A DNA stretch of 64,000 nt from an uncultured delta proteobacterium. GTDB taxonomy: Bacteria > Myxococcota_A > Polyangia > Polyangiales > Polyangiaceae. Shown one piece after another: positions 13,264-22,404 of this stretch. The notes beneath the pieces are model-generated. The model was not told the origin of the DNA. It ran no database searches and saw only the letters and a list, made by a program, of their open reading frames with translations. The first letter of the stretch is position 1, and each line of letters begins with the position of its first letter. Location of the stretch: positions 192,001 to 256,000 of the forward strand of contig CAWJCS010000005.1 of the NCBI GenBank assembly GCA_963841435.1, read 5' to 3'. The position numbers and the translations under genes are program-made.

Positions 13264-14499
13264 GTGATCGTGCGATACGCGGTGTCAGGCGGGCTCACCG
13301 GGCTCGTGCTGGGATTGTTCTCGGCATGTGCGGGCCCGAGCCATCACGCGGCGCTGCCGGTGCCGCAGGCGACCGCCAGCGCGACACGGGCGGCCGAGAG
13401 CTCGGCTCCGCCGCCGGCCGCGTCACGGCTCACGCCGGAGCCGTTGGCCTCCGCGGTGGCCGCGCCCTCCCCGACGCCGAGCTGCGGCATGCCGGCCTCG
13501 CTCGTGGCAAGGGGCTGGCGCCGGGAGCTTTCGCCGACGAGCACCGAGGAAAGCCCGGCGTTCGTCGCCGGGTCGATCACGCTCGCCGTGCTGCCGGACA
13601 CCCAATACTACGTGGACTGCCGCTCGCCCCATCTCGAGGCCCAGGCGGCCTTCATCGCCCAGCAGGCGGCCGAGCGCACCATCGCCTGCGCCATCACCTT
13701 GGGCGATCTCACCGAGCACAACACGCCCGCGGAGTGGGATTTTTATCGTGAAAGAGTGAGCTCGCTCGCACAGCGTGTGCCGCTCTTGCTCGTCACGGGC
13801 AACCACGACGAGGGCGAAGGGGGCACCGCCAACCGCCGCGCGACGCTGCTCGGACGCTACTACCCGACCGCTCCAGGCAGGGCGAGCGAGGTGCTCACCG
13901 AAACGGAGCGGCCCGGCGATCTCGAGAACGCCTACTATCGTCTGGCGCTCCCCAAGGTGACGCTTGGCGTGCTCGCGCTCGGCTGGTCACCCAAGCGAAG
14001 CACGGTAGCATGGGCGAACGGCGTCCTCACCCGTCATCCGACCGACCGCGTGATCGTGGCGACGCACGCCTACCTCTACCAAGACGGCACGCGCTACGAC
14101 TACGCGAAGAAGGGCGCGGCGCAGGAATGGAATCCGCTGAGCTACGCGACAGCGCGAGTGCCCGACGGCGACGAAGCCGACGCCGCCTTCGACGGCGAGA
14201 TGCTCTGGAACGAGCTCGTCAAGCGCCACCGTGGGGTTTTCCTCGTGCTGAGCGGCCACGTGCTCGGCACCGGCACGAGCGTGCTCGAGAGTCGCGGCGA
14301 GCACAAAAACCTCGTCGAGCAGGTCCTCGTCAACTACCAGATGCTCCGCGAGGGCGGACTCGGTTACCTGCGTCTCTTCGAGGTCCTCCCCGACGGCAAG
14401 ACGCTCAGGATGAAGTCCTACTCACCGTCGCTCGGGCTGTTCGCCAGGGAGCCCGATCAGGTGGGCGACCTGACGATCGATCCGCCGCTTTGGCGGTGA
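13264..14499 (+). CDS. Calcineurin-like metallophosphoesterase lipoprotein
   Basis: PDTQYY, LGDLT, GNHD, THAY, SGH motifs; lipobox FSAC. Confidence 0.85.
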   Translation: MIVRYAVSGGLTGLVLGLFSACAGPSHHAALPVPQATASATRAAESSAPPPAASRLTPEPLASAVAAPSPTPSCGMPASLVARGWRRELSPTSTEESPAFVAGSITLAVLPDTQYYVDCRSPHLEAQAAFIAQQAAERTIACAITLGDLTEHNTPAEWDFYRERVSSLAQRVPLLLVTGNHDEGEGGTANRRATLLGRYYPTAPGRASEVLTETERPGDLENAYYRLALPKVTLGVLALGWSPKRSTVAWANGVLTRHPTDRVIVATHAYLYQDGTRYDYAKKGAAQEWNPLSYATARVPDGDEADAAFDGEMLWNELVKRHRGVFLVLSGHVLGTGTSVLESRGEHKNLVEQVLVNYQMLREGGLGYLRLFEVLPDGKTLRMKSYSPSLGLFAREPDQVGDLTIDPPLWR

Positions 14500-14503
14500 A
14501 GCG

Positions 14504-15949
14504 TCAGGGCAAGTAGCGGACGCCGGAATTGGTGAGGAGCGCTCCGTCGCGCCCGCCCCAGACGACGATCTCGCCCGCGGCCCGGCCCACCGCACCGAAC
14601 GCGTGGGACGCGCCGCTGGGCCAGGCCTCGATGTCGGACCACTGAGCGCGATCGGTGTCGTAGATGCCGCCGTCCGTCAGGTAATTCCCAGGCCCGCTCA
14701 AACCACCGAGCACCATGAAGAGGTGATCGTCGACGGCCCACGACCAGCCGGATTCGCCGCGTGACGCGTAGCGAGCGCTCGGCATGGTTTGGCCGGGCAT
14801 TTCGCGGAAGCGCAGTGAATCGTAGTACATGCCGTCGTCGAACACGTTGTCGATGTCACGGCCGCCCCAGACGTGGAAGCGCCCGTTCACGAACGCGCCG
14901 AACCCGCCCCAGCGCGGAGAGAGCGTCGGGTTCGAGCGCGCGCTCCACGAGTCGGAGCCGAGCGAATAGTACAGAGCGGCATCCGACGCGCCGGTGCCAC
15001 CCCTGCCGCCGAACACCCAGAAGGTACGATCGCCTGCCGCCCAGCTCGGATCGGTGCGACGCGAGGGCTCGGAGCGGTTGTCCGCGATCTCCCAGGTGTC
15101 GGCATCCGGGTCGTAGAGCTCGAGCCCGGCAAGCGTGTCGCCAGCTTCGTCGTTGCCTGCCCAGAACAGCACCACGGTCGAGGTCGCCACGCCGATGGCT
15201 GCGGCGCGCGGCGTGCTCGCGGGTGCCATCGGCTGCCAGGTGTCGTCGACGGGATCGTCAATCGCGCCGTCGGCATAGACGGTCGGGCCCGACGGTTCGA
15301 GCCCGCCGAGCACGATGACGACCGAGCCCGTCCACACGGCCGTGGCGTCACAACGCGGGCTCGGGCTGCCCTCTGTGCTCACCATGTGCCAGCTGTCGGT
15401 GCGCGGGTCGTAGAGCGCGCCGCTGCTGAGCGGCGTCCCGCTTTCGTTGAGGCCACCCCACACGAAAAGCTGGTTGCCGAGCGAGACCGACGCCGCCCGC
15501 TCGCGCGGAGAAAAGCCACCTGGGGGCGCGGCGGTCGACACCCACCCCGTCTGGCACTCGGTGTCGCAGACGCGCCCGGCGTTGCACTCGACCTGACACG
15601 GCGCACCCGCCGTGCCGGCGGTGCCCGCCGTACCCGCGCCGCCCGCGACGTTGCCCGTCCCCGCGCCCTCGCCCGCGAACCCTCCCGCGTCGATACCGCT
15701 CGTGCCGCCCAGGTCGGTGGCGTCACCCGCCATGGCACCGGACCCCGCGCTCGTTCCCAGAGAGCCCCCGGTTGCACCGGTGCTCACGCCCGCTCCACCG
15801 CTGCCCGAAGTCGACGGCGCAGCCTGAGCGTCCGGGCGGATGAAGTAGTCGTCCGTGGGCGGGCACGCCGTGAGCGCGCACCCGGAGCCGAGCGCGACGA
15901 CTCTGAGCGCCAGCGCGAACGGGCCGGGTCGCGACACCTTGCCGCTCAC
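14504..15949 (-). CDS. Kelch-repeat lipoprotein with Gly-rich linker
   Basis: Repeated xxVWGG…YDP…D.W…PR units; lipobox LTAC. Confidence 0.85.
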   Translation of the reverse strand: MSGKVSRPGPFALALRVVALGSGCALTACPPTDDYFIRPDAQAAPSTSGSGGAGVSTGATGGSLGTSAGSGAMAGDATDLGGTSGIDAGGFAGEGAGTGNVAGGAGTAGTAGTAGAPCQVECNAGRVCDTECQTGWVSTAAPPGGFSPRERAASVSLGNQLFVWGGLNESGTPLSSGALYDPRTDSWHMVSTEGSPSPRCDATAVWTGSVVIVLGGLEPSGPTVYADGAIDDPVDDTWQPMAPASTPRAAAIGVATSTVVLFWAGNDEAGDTLAGLELYDPDADTWEIADNRSEPSRRTDPSWAAGDRTFWVFGGRGGTGASDAALYYSLGSDSWSARSNPTLSPRWGGFGAFVNGRFHVWGGRDIDNVFDDGMYYDSLRFREMPGQTMPSARYASRGESGWSWAVDDHLFMVLGGLSGPGNYLTDGGIYDTDRAQWSDIEAWPSGASHAFGAVGRAAGEIVVWGGRDGALLTNSGVRYLP

Positions 15950-16925
15950 CTAAAAGCGTCCTTCCACGCGGAGCGCCGCTGGCGCCATGCGCACCGCGAC
16001 CTCGCCGTGCCGATCGGACGCCGAGAAGAGCAGGTACGAGCCGGCCGCAGCGCCGGCGATGCCGACGCCGAACCCGACGTAGCTGAGCGTCCGGTTGAGG
16101 CGGTAGGCGTCGAGCGTATCCCGCGAGCTTGCCGGGCAGCCGGTGTGGCACGTCGCGTCGAGATCCGACTTCTTGCCGAGCGCAACGACGCCGGTGATGG
16201 CGCCGAACACGACGCCGGCGCCACCCGCCGCGAAGGAAGCAATCACGGGGACGTTCGGCCCGCGCTCCGGCGCCGGTGGGGGCGCGAACGTCGCGGGCGG
16301 GGGCGGGGGGCGCGGAGGGGGCGCTGGTGGCGGCGCGAGATCGATCACGACCTCTTGTCGCTCGCCTTCCGCGACGGAAAGGTCCCGCTCGTCGAGCACC
16401 TTCGCGAAACGGCGCACGCTGACGTGGTGCGCTCCCGGGTCGAGCGGGGCGTCGACGCCCACGAGCGCGCGCGGCAGAACGCGATCGTCGAGCACGACTT
16501 CGGCTTCGTTGCTCTCTCCCGAGAGCACGATGCGCACCCGCGGCAGCCGTTGCATCAGCACGGCGAGCTCTTGCGCGGCGTCCGCGGAAGCCCGCTGGAA
16601 CGCCGGATTGTTGGGGTCCTCCGGGGCGCTCTGAATGGTGGCATAGCGATCGACCGCCTCGACCCAGCGCCCGAGCTCGACGAGTGTGCGCGCCTGCATG
16701 AGGGCGATCGTCGGCGCCGGAACGAGCGACGCCGCGCGCTCGAAAAGAATCGAGCGCGCGCTCGTAGTCCTTCTGTTCGAAGGCGTCGGTGCCTTCACTC
16801 GCAAGCGAACGGGCGGCCGTGCGCGTGTGCGAGTCGAGCTCCGGCGGCGGGTCGGCCGCGAGCGCCGGGCGCATCGAGAGCAGAAGCAGGCAGCACGAGC
16901 CAACCGGCAGGACGAGGCGTCTCAT
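15950..16925 (-). CDS. TPR + PEGA-like exported protein with C-terminal hydrophobic segments; frameshift near 16745
   Basis: Signal peptide, ARSLASEG…ARTLVELGRWVEA TPR-like helices, VVLDD…LDPGAHHVSV PEGA-like strand, C-terminus ending in VEGRF. Confidence 0.78.
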
Positions 16926-16927
16926 GG

Positions 16928-18419
16928 TCAGAAGCCGAAGTTCTTGATCGCCTTGGGCTGCACACGGGCGGAGCCGACTGCGCGGCGAGTGGGCTCCGGC
17001 GCCGCCGGCCTCTCGGCGCCGGGCTCGGCAGCCTGTGTCTCGGGCGCGGACAGCGCCCGCGGGGTGGTGACAGTGACGCTCGGCGGCGGCGCCACTCGGG
17101 GGGCCACGAGAAGGGCCTTCGTGGGCTCGGCGACCATCACCCCATCGGGCGCGCGCTCACTGGAGCTCGCCCGGCTCGTCACCATCAGCGTCACGACGAT
17201 GCCCGCAACCAGGCCCACGGCGGCGAGCACGAGCGGGGCGGGGCGCCGCGCCACGCGCCTGAGCGACAGGCGCACGCGGGCCGTCGCTCGTGCGAGCGAG
17301 CTCACCCCGGCGTCCTGCGTGGGGATGTCCGAGCGGTGCCGGGACGTCGAAGAGCCGCGAGGCGGCGCGTCGGTGGGTACCTCGGGGCGCACGCCCGAGA
17401 GGGCACCGTCGAGCCAGAGCGCGCGCACGGAGTTGCCGCAAATGTCCTCCTTGACGCCGTGCTCGTAGAGCCACAGCGCGAGCGCCTCGCCGAGCTCGGT
17501 CATGCTGCCCCAGCGATCTTCGAGCGACTTTTCCAGGCCCCGCGAGATGACCCGCCAGAGCTCGCGATCGCACGTGCCAAGCTCGGTGGCGGGCTTCGGG
17601 TCGTCGTTGACGATCGACTGGATGAGCGCGTTGTAGTTCGTCTTTTTGAACGGCAGCTCGCCCGTGATCATCTCGTACAGCATCACGCACATCGACCAGA
17701 ACGTCGGTGCGTGCGTCGATGTCCTGCGAGCCGAGCGCCTGCTCCGGTGACATGAACTCCGGGCTGCCCAGCACGGCACCCATCTGGGTGAGCCTGCCGT
17801 TAACGGGCTGCTGGTCCACCTTGGCAATGCCGAAGTCGAGGAGCTTGGGTTGCTGGCGCCCGAGTGGATCGGCCGCGATGAAGACGTTCTCGGGCTTGAT
17901 GTCGCGATGGACGATGCCCTTCTCGTGCGCACAACGGATGCCGTCCGCGAGCGGCAAGAGCAGCTGCACCGCGCGGATGGCGCCGATGCGTGCCTCGCGC
18001 TGCAGGAGCGTCGCCAGCGTCTCGCCCTGGGCGAGCTCCATGACGAGGAACGGGTCGCCGCGCGTCGTCCAGCCGAAGTCGAAGACGCGCACGAGCGCCG
18101 GATGCGCGAGGCGGGCCGCAGCGTGCGCCTCGCGAACCATGCGCGACGACTGCCCGGGGGCCGCTGCGCTCGCGCGAATCAGCTTGAGCGCGATGTCAAC
18201 GCCGAGCACGAGCGAGTGGGCAACCCAGACGACGCCCATGCCGCCCTGCCCGAGCTTGCGCACGAGTCGGTAGCGGTCGCCGATCACGTCACCCGCGAGG
18301 TACTGCACCTCGTCGGGCGAGTCGCGCCGTGGCAGAACGCTCTCAGGCTCTGGCGCAATCGGTTCGCGATATTGCGTCCCGACGAGGAACGGGGCTTTGC
18401 GCGAAACGGAGGTGGTCAT
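16928..18419 (-). CDS. Hanks-type Ser/Thr protein kinase with TM and Pro-rich tail; frameshift near 17700
   Basis: LGQGGMGVVW, ALK, HRDIKPENV, DFGIAK, GSPEFMSPEQ. An extra T breaks DVWSMC. Confidence 0.9.
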
Positions 18420-18641
18420 GCCTGGAGCGACGGGGAGTGGATCGGGGTGGGTCGAGCTTGGCGGTGCGCGGGGACGGCGTCAGACACAACGGCCCAGCGT
18501 GCCTCGTAGAGTACGTCATTTCCCGTCTCGTCGCCGTAGCGGCGAGACACGCCAGCGAAGAAAAACGAGTGCCCACATCGACCCGCATGTGGGTGACGAA
18601 CGCCGCTCTCGGCACCTTCGACCACCCGCGCGACGACGGCT

Positions 18642-19065
18642 ATGCTCCTCTCGCGTGCTCGTTCTCGGCCGGTTCGGAAACGCGAAAGGACGCGGGATCG
18701 TCGCGTCGCTGCTCTCGATCGCGGTACTCGGCCGCGGCACGGACGCCCCGAAGCCCGCGAACGTCAGCACGCGCCCGGAGGATCTCTACGACTCGACCCG
18801 CTGCTGGGGCTGCCACACGGATCACTACGAGGAATGGGCGAGCAGCATGCACGCGTACGCCGCGCGGGATCCGGTGTTCCTCGCCATGAACCGGCGCGCG
18901 CAGGTAGAGACGGACGGCGCGCTCGGCTCGCTGTGCGTCGGCTGCCACGCGCCCATGGCGCTCGGCGCGGAGGCGGTCAACGGCGACCACAACAACCCCT
19001 TGCGGCTCACGGGGGACACGACGCTGCGCGGCCGCAGCGCCGATCATCTCGGCGGCGGACCGTAA
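18642..19065 (+). pseudogene. Truncated multiheme cytochrome c (c554-like) remnant
   Basis: CWGCH…EEWASSMHAYA…CVGCHAP, then an abrupt end after about 100 aa; no clean in-frame start or signal peptide. Confidence 0.55.
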
Positions 19066-20528
19066 AGTGCGCGGGAGCGTCCGCGGGCGGTCCAACGAGC
19101 GACCACGAGCACGAGCCCCGCGCAGAAAAGCCACCTTGCGGCCGGCGGCGAGCGTCGCCCACCCACGCGACAGCCGCAACCCGTGCTCTTGGGCTCGACG
19201 GGTGGTGCGGAAGCGTCGACGCCCGCGTCGTCGTTCGGCGCGCCCGCTCCGCCAGTCGTGCAGTCCGCGTCGAGTGGCACACCGCCGGCGTCGAGTGGCA
19301 CGCCGCCGTCGGCATCGCAGCTGCCGAGCACCGTGCACGACACCGGCCACTCGAACCGGCACACGCCGCCGGAGGTGCACGAGGGACAGTCGAGCGGCGC
19401 CTTCACGTCCGTCAGCCTGAGCAGCGGCTTCAGCGGCTGTGGTGCATCGAAAGCGAAGTCGAGCGCCTGCGTGAAACCGAGCGCGTACGCTCGCTCCGCC
19501 TGCGACGTGCACACGTAGATTCCGTTCGGCGACCAGGTGAGGCACGACACCGAGCCCGGCAGGATGCGCGTGAAGGCGTTGTCGCCCGCGGGGCCGCGGT
19601 AAAGGCCCAGGGCGTCGAAATCGACCTGCCGTGACGCCTCGACCGGGTCGCCGTAGCCGAGCAGCACCTCGCTTTCGTCCGGCGAGAGCGCGAAGCCGAG
19701 TAGCTTCGCTTTGGCGCGAAAAATCTCGTGGAAGCTCGCGCCGCCGTCGTCGGAAAAGAGGAGCCCGTCGTTCGCCTCGACGACGGACTCCGCGTTGGTC
19801 TGCCAAAGGTTCGTGCGCAGATAGACGACGTCGGGATCCGTGGGGCTCACGGCCGCGATGTACGGCGTCTCTCCGGCGGGGAGCGGCAGGGACGTGACGG
19901 TCCAATGCGCGCCGGCGTCGTCCGAGCGCGCGAAGACCGAGGGGTCTTCGAGCCCGAGGCCCGAGACGTAGTAACGGTTCGCATCGCTCGGCGCCACGTC
20001 GAGCGTGATACCGAGCGTGAGCAGGTCGGCGGGCAGCGGGGCGCCCTGCACCTCGAACGTCTTGCCAGAATCGTGCGAAGCGTAGAGCTGGTTCACGCTG
20101 CCCGCATCGCCACGCTGGACCATGAGGGCAAGCACGTGCGACCGGTCGGCGCGATCGAGCGTGAGGTCGACGACCGAGTCGGTGCGACCGCCACCGAGCA
20201 CGGGAACGTAGTCGCAAAACGGCGGCTCCGAGCGATTCACGGAGTGGGACGTCCGCACGAGCAGCGCGCCGTCCGCCGGCAGCTCGATGAGCGGATCGAT
20301 GTCGTCGTAAGCGAAAGCGAAGCCGAGCTCGCACATGTGACGCCACTCGCCGCCGCGGTCATCGCTGAAAAGCAGGCCGTATGTGGCCGAAAGGACGAGC
20401 TCGTCGGGATCGCCGCCGCGCTCGAGCAGGCGCTGGGCGCGCGGGAAGCGCCCGTTGGCGCGGGCCGGCGGTGCAACGCTCGTCACGGCGAGCAGGGCGA
20501 CGAGCATCGAGCCGAACGCACCACGCAT
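19044..20528 (-). CDS. BNR/Asp-box beta-propeller surface protein with a MYXO-CTERM-like tail
   Basis: ANGRFP N-terminus, repeated S.D.G..W/F Asp boxes, C-terminal GCGCRVGG…TM…RR. Confidence 0.8.
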   Translation of the reverse strand: MRGAFGSMLVALLAVTSVAPPARANGRFPRAQRLLERGGDPDELVLSATYGLLFSDDRGGEWRHMCELGFAFAYDDIDPLIELPADGALLVRTSHSVNRSEPPFCDYVPVLGGGRTDSVVDLTLDRADRSHVLALMVQRGDAGSVNQLYASHDSGKTFEVQGAPLPADLLTLGITLDVAPSDANRYYVSGLGLEDPSVFARSDDAGAHWTVTSLPLPAGETPYIAAVSPTDPDVVYLRTNLWQTNAESVVEANDGLLFSDDGGASFHEIFRAKAKLLGFALSPDESEVLLGYGDPVEASRQVDFDALGLYRGPAGDNAFTRILPGSVSCLTWSPNGIYVCTSQAERAYALGFTQALDFAFDAPQPLKPLLRLTDVKAPLDCPSCTSGGVCRFEWPVSCTVLGSCDADGGVPLDAGGVPLDADCTTGGAGAPNDDAGVDASAPPVEPKSTGCGCRVGGRRSPPAARWLFCAGLVLVVARWTARGRSRALYGPPPR

Positions 20529-20604
20529 GGCTCTTGGCCGTACCACAAACCTCGACCTGGGCAGTCTTGGAAGGCAAGATCCCGAGCGGCGCGCGACGGC
20601 GCGC

Positions 20605-22245
20605 TCAGCCGGGTGGCGCGCCGTCGCCCTCGGCGAGCGCCACCTCGACGCTGAGCGCGAGCTCGCGCCGGAGCGACCCCTGCTCGAGGATCGAGCACAC
20701 CACCTCCATGAGCTTGCCGGGCAAAAACGGCTTCGGCAAAAAATGGGTCCGCTCGCCGAGCGCGAGCGCGAAGCGCGCCGCGTCCTCGGTGTAGCCCGAG
20801 ACGAACAGCACCAAGAGCTCGGGGCGCTCGCGCCGGAGCTCCGTCGCGAGATCGATGCCTCCGAGCTCCGGCATGACGACATCGGTCACGAGCAAGTGAA
20901 TCGCTCCCTCGTGCGCCTTTGCCACCTCGAGGGCGTGCCGTCCGTTCCGGGCCGAGAGCACTCGGTACGCGCGCAACCCGAGCACGCCCGCGAGCAACTC
21001 GCGCACGGCCTCGTCGTCGTCGCAGACGAGCACCGTCTCGAACGCGCCGCCGGCCGAGTGCTCGCCGCGGCCCGGGAGCGACGCGGGAACCGCGAGCGCC
21101 ACCGCGCGCGGCATGAACACCGTAAACGTCGTGCCTTCGCCGACGCGCGTCTCGAGGCGCACGGCGCCACCGCTCTGATTCACGAAGCCCTCGACCATGG
21201 AGAGCCCGAGCCCCGTGCCGTGACCGACACTCTTGGTCGTAAAAAACGGCTCGAAGACGTGGAGCATGACGTCGTCCGGAATGCCCGTGCCGGTGTCGAC
21301 CACGGCGAGTGTGACGTAGTCGCCCGCAGCGAGGCTGCCGTCGGGACGTTCGAGACGCACGTCGCGGGTTTCGAGGGTGAGCCGGCCGCCGCTGGGCATG
21401 GCGTCGCGCGCGTTGACGACGAGGTTCAGGATGGTCTGCTCGAGCTGGCCGGGATCGCAGTAGATGGAATGGCGCGCTCCGAGCATCGTCGAAAGCTCAA
21501 CGTCCTCGCCAATCAGACGCTCGAGCATGCGCCGCAAGCGGTCAACGGTGTGATTGAGGTCGAACACCTCGGGCGTCAGCACCTGCCGGCGGCCGTAGGC
21601 GAGCAACTGCCGCGTCAGCTCCGCGGCGCGTTGAGCGCTCGCGAGCACCGTCTCGGCGTGGTGGGCGAGCGGACCGTCGGCGGGCAGGCCCCGCCGCAAG
21701 AGCTCGGTATGCCCCATCACGATGAGCAGCCGATTGTTGAAGTCGTGGGCGACGCCGCCCGCTAGCTTACCGAGCGCTCCTAGCTTCTGAGCCTGACGCA
21801 ATTCCGTCTCGAGCCGTTCCGAGCGAGCGCTCTGCCTGCGGCTCTCGTCGATGTCGATGAAATAGACGACGATCGCGGTCATGCGCGCTTCCTCGTCGCG
21901 CTCGACGACGCAGTCCGCCACGACCCAGCGCGGCTCGCCGCCACGCCGAACGATGCGCTTCTCGGTCTGGAAGCGATCCACCTCGCCCCGGGCGGCGCGC
22001 TCGAGACCAGCGCGCTCGGCGGGAATGTCGTCGGGGTGCGTCACCTCGAGCCAGATCTCGTAGGCATCGCGCGCCATCAGCTCCTCGCGGGGAATCCCGA
22101 TGAGCTCGATGTACGCGTCGTTGGCGAACACGTAGCGCCCGCGGCGCGCCGAGACGCACATCGTGGGCAACGGCGACTGAAACAGAGCCACGCGCTCGAG
22201 CGCGGCCGGATCGGGGGGCGGAAGCGTGTCGCCGTTCATGGACAT
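20605..22245 (-). CDS. Hybrid sensor kinase (PAS-HisKA-HATPase-REC)
   Basis: THPDD PAS, AGGVAHDFNN, NLVVNARDAM, FEPFFTTK..G.GTGLGL, LLVTDVVMP, KPF. Confidence 0.93.
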   Translation of the reverse strand: MSMNGDTLPPPDPAALERVALFQSPLPTMCVSARRGRYVFANDAYIELIGIPREELMARDAYEIWLEVTHPDDIPAERAGLERAARGEVDRFQTEKRIVRRGGEPRWVVADCVVERDEEARMTAIVVYFIDIDESRRQSARSERLETELRQAQKLGALGKLAGGVAHDFNNRLLIVMGHTELLRRGLPADGPLAHHAETVLASAQRAAELTRQLLAYGRRQVLTPEVFDLNHTVDRLRRMLERLIGEDVELSTMLGARHSIYCDPGQLEQTILNLVVNARDAMPSGGRLTLETRDVRLERPDGSLAAGDYVTLAVVDTGTGIPDDVMLHVFEPFFTTKSVGHGTGLGLSMVEGFVNQSGGAVRLETRVGEGTTFTVFMPRAVALAVPASLPGRGEHSAGGAFETVLVCDDDEAVRELLAGVLGLRAYRVLSARNGRHALEVAKAHEGAIHLLVTDVVMPELGGIDLATELRRERPELLVLFVSGYTEDAARFALALGERTHFLPKPFLPGKLMEVVCSILEQGSLRRELALSVEVALAEGDGAPPG

Positions 22246-22404
22246 CGGGACGAAGGGCCGGACGAGGCACCTTCTCCCGGCGATTTGGGCGCTGTCAACT
22301 CGGGCCGGGCGGCGCTACGAATCACGTCCGGTCGCTCTCGAGGCGGCCTGGCGAAAGCACCCACCGGGGAGTCTCGGCGCGGGGCGTTGCTCGAACCCAT
22401 CGGC

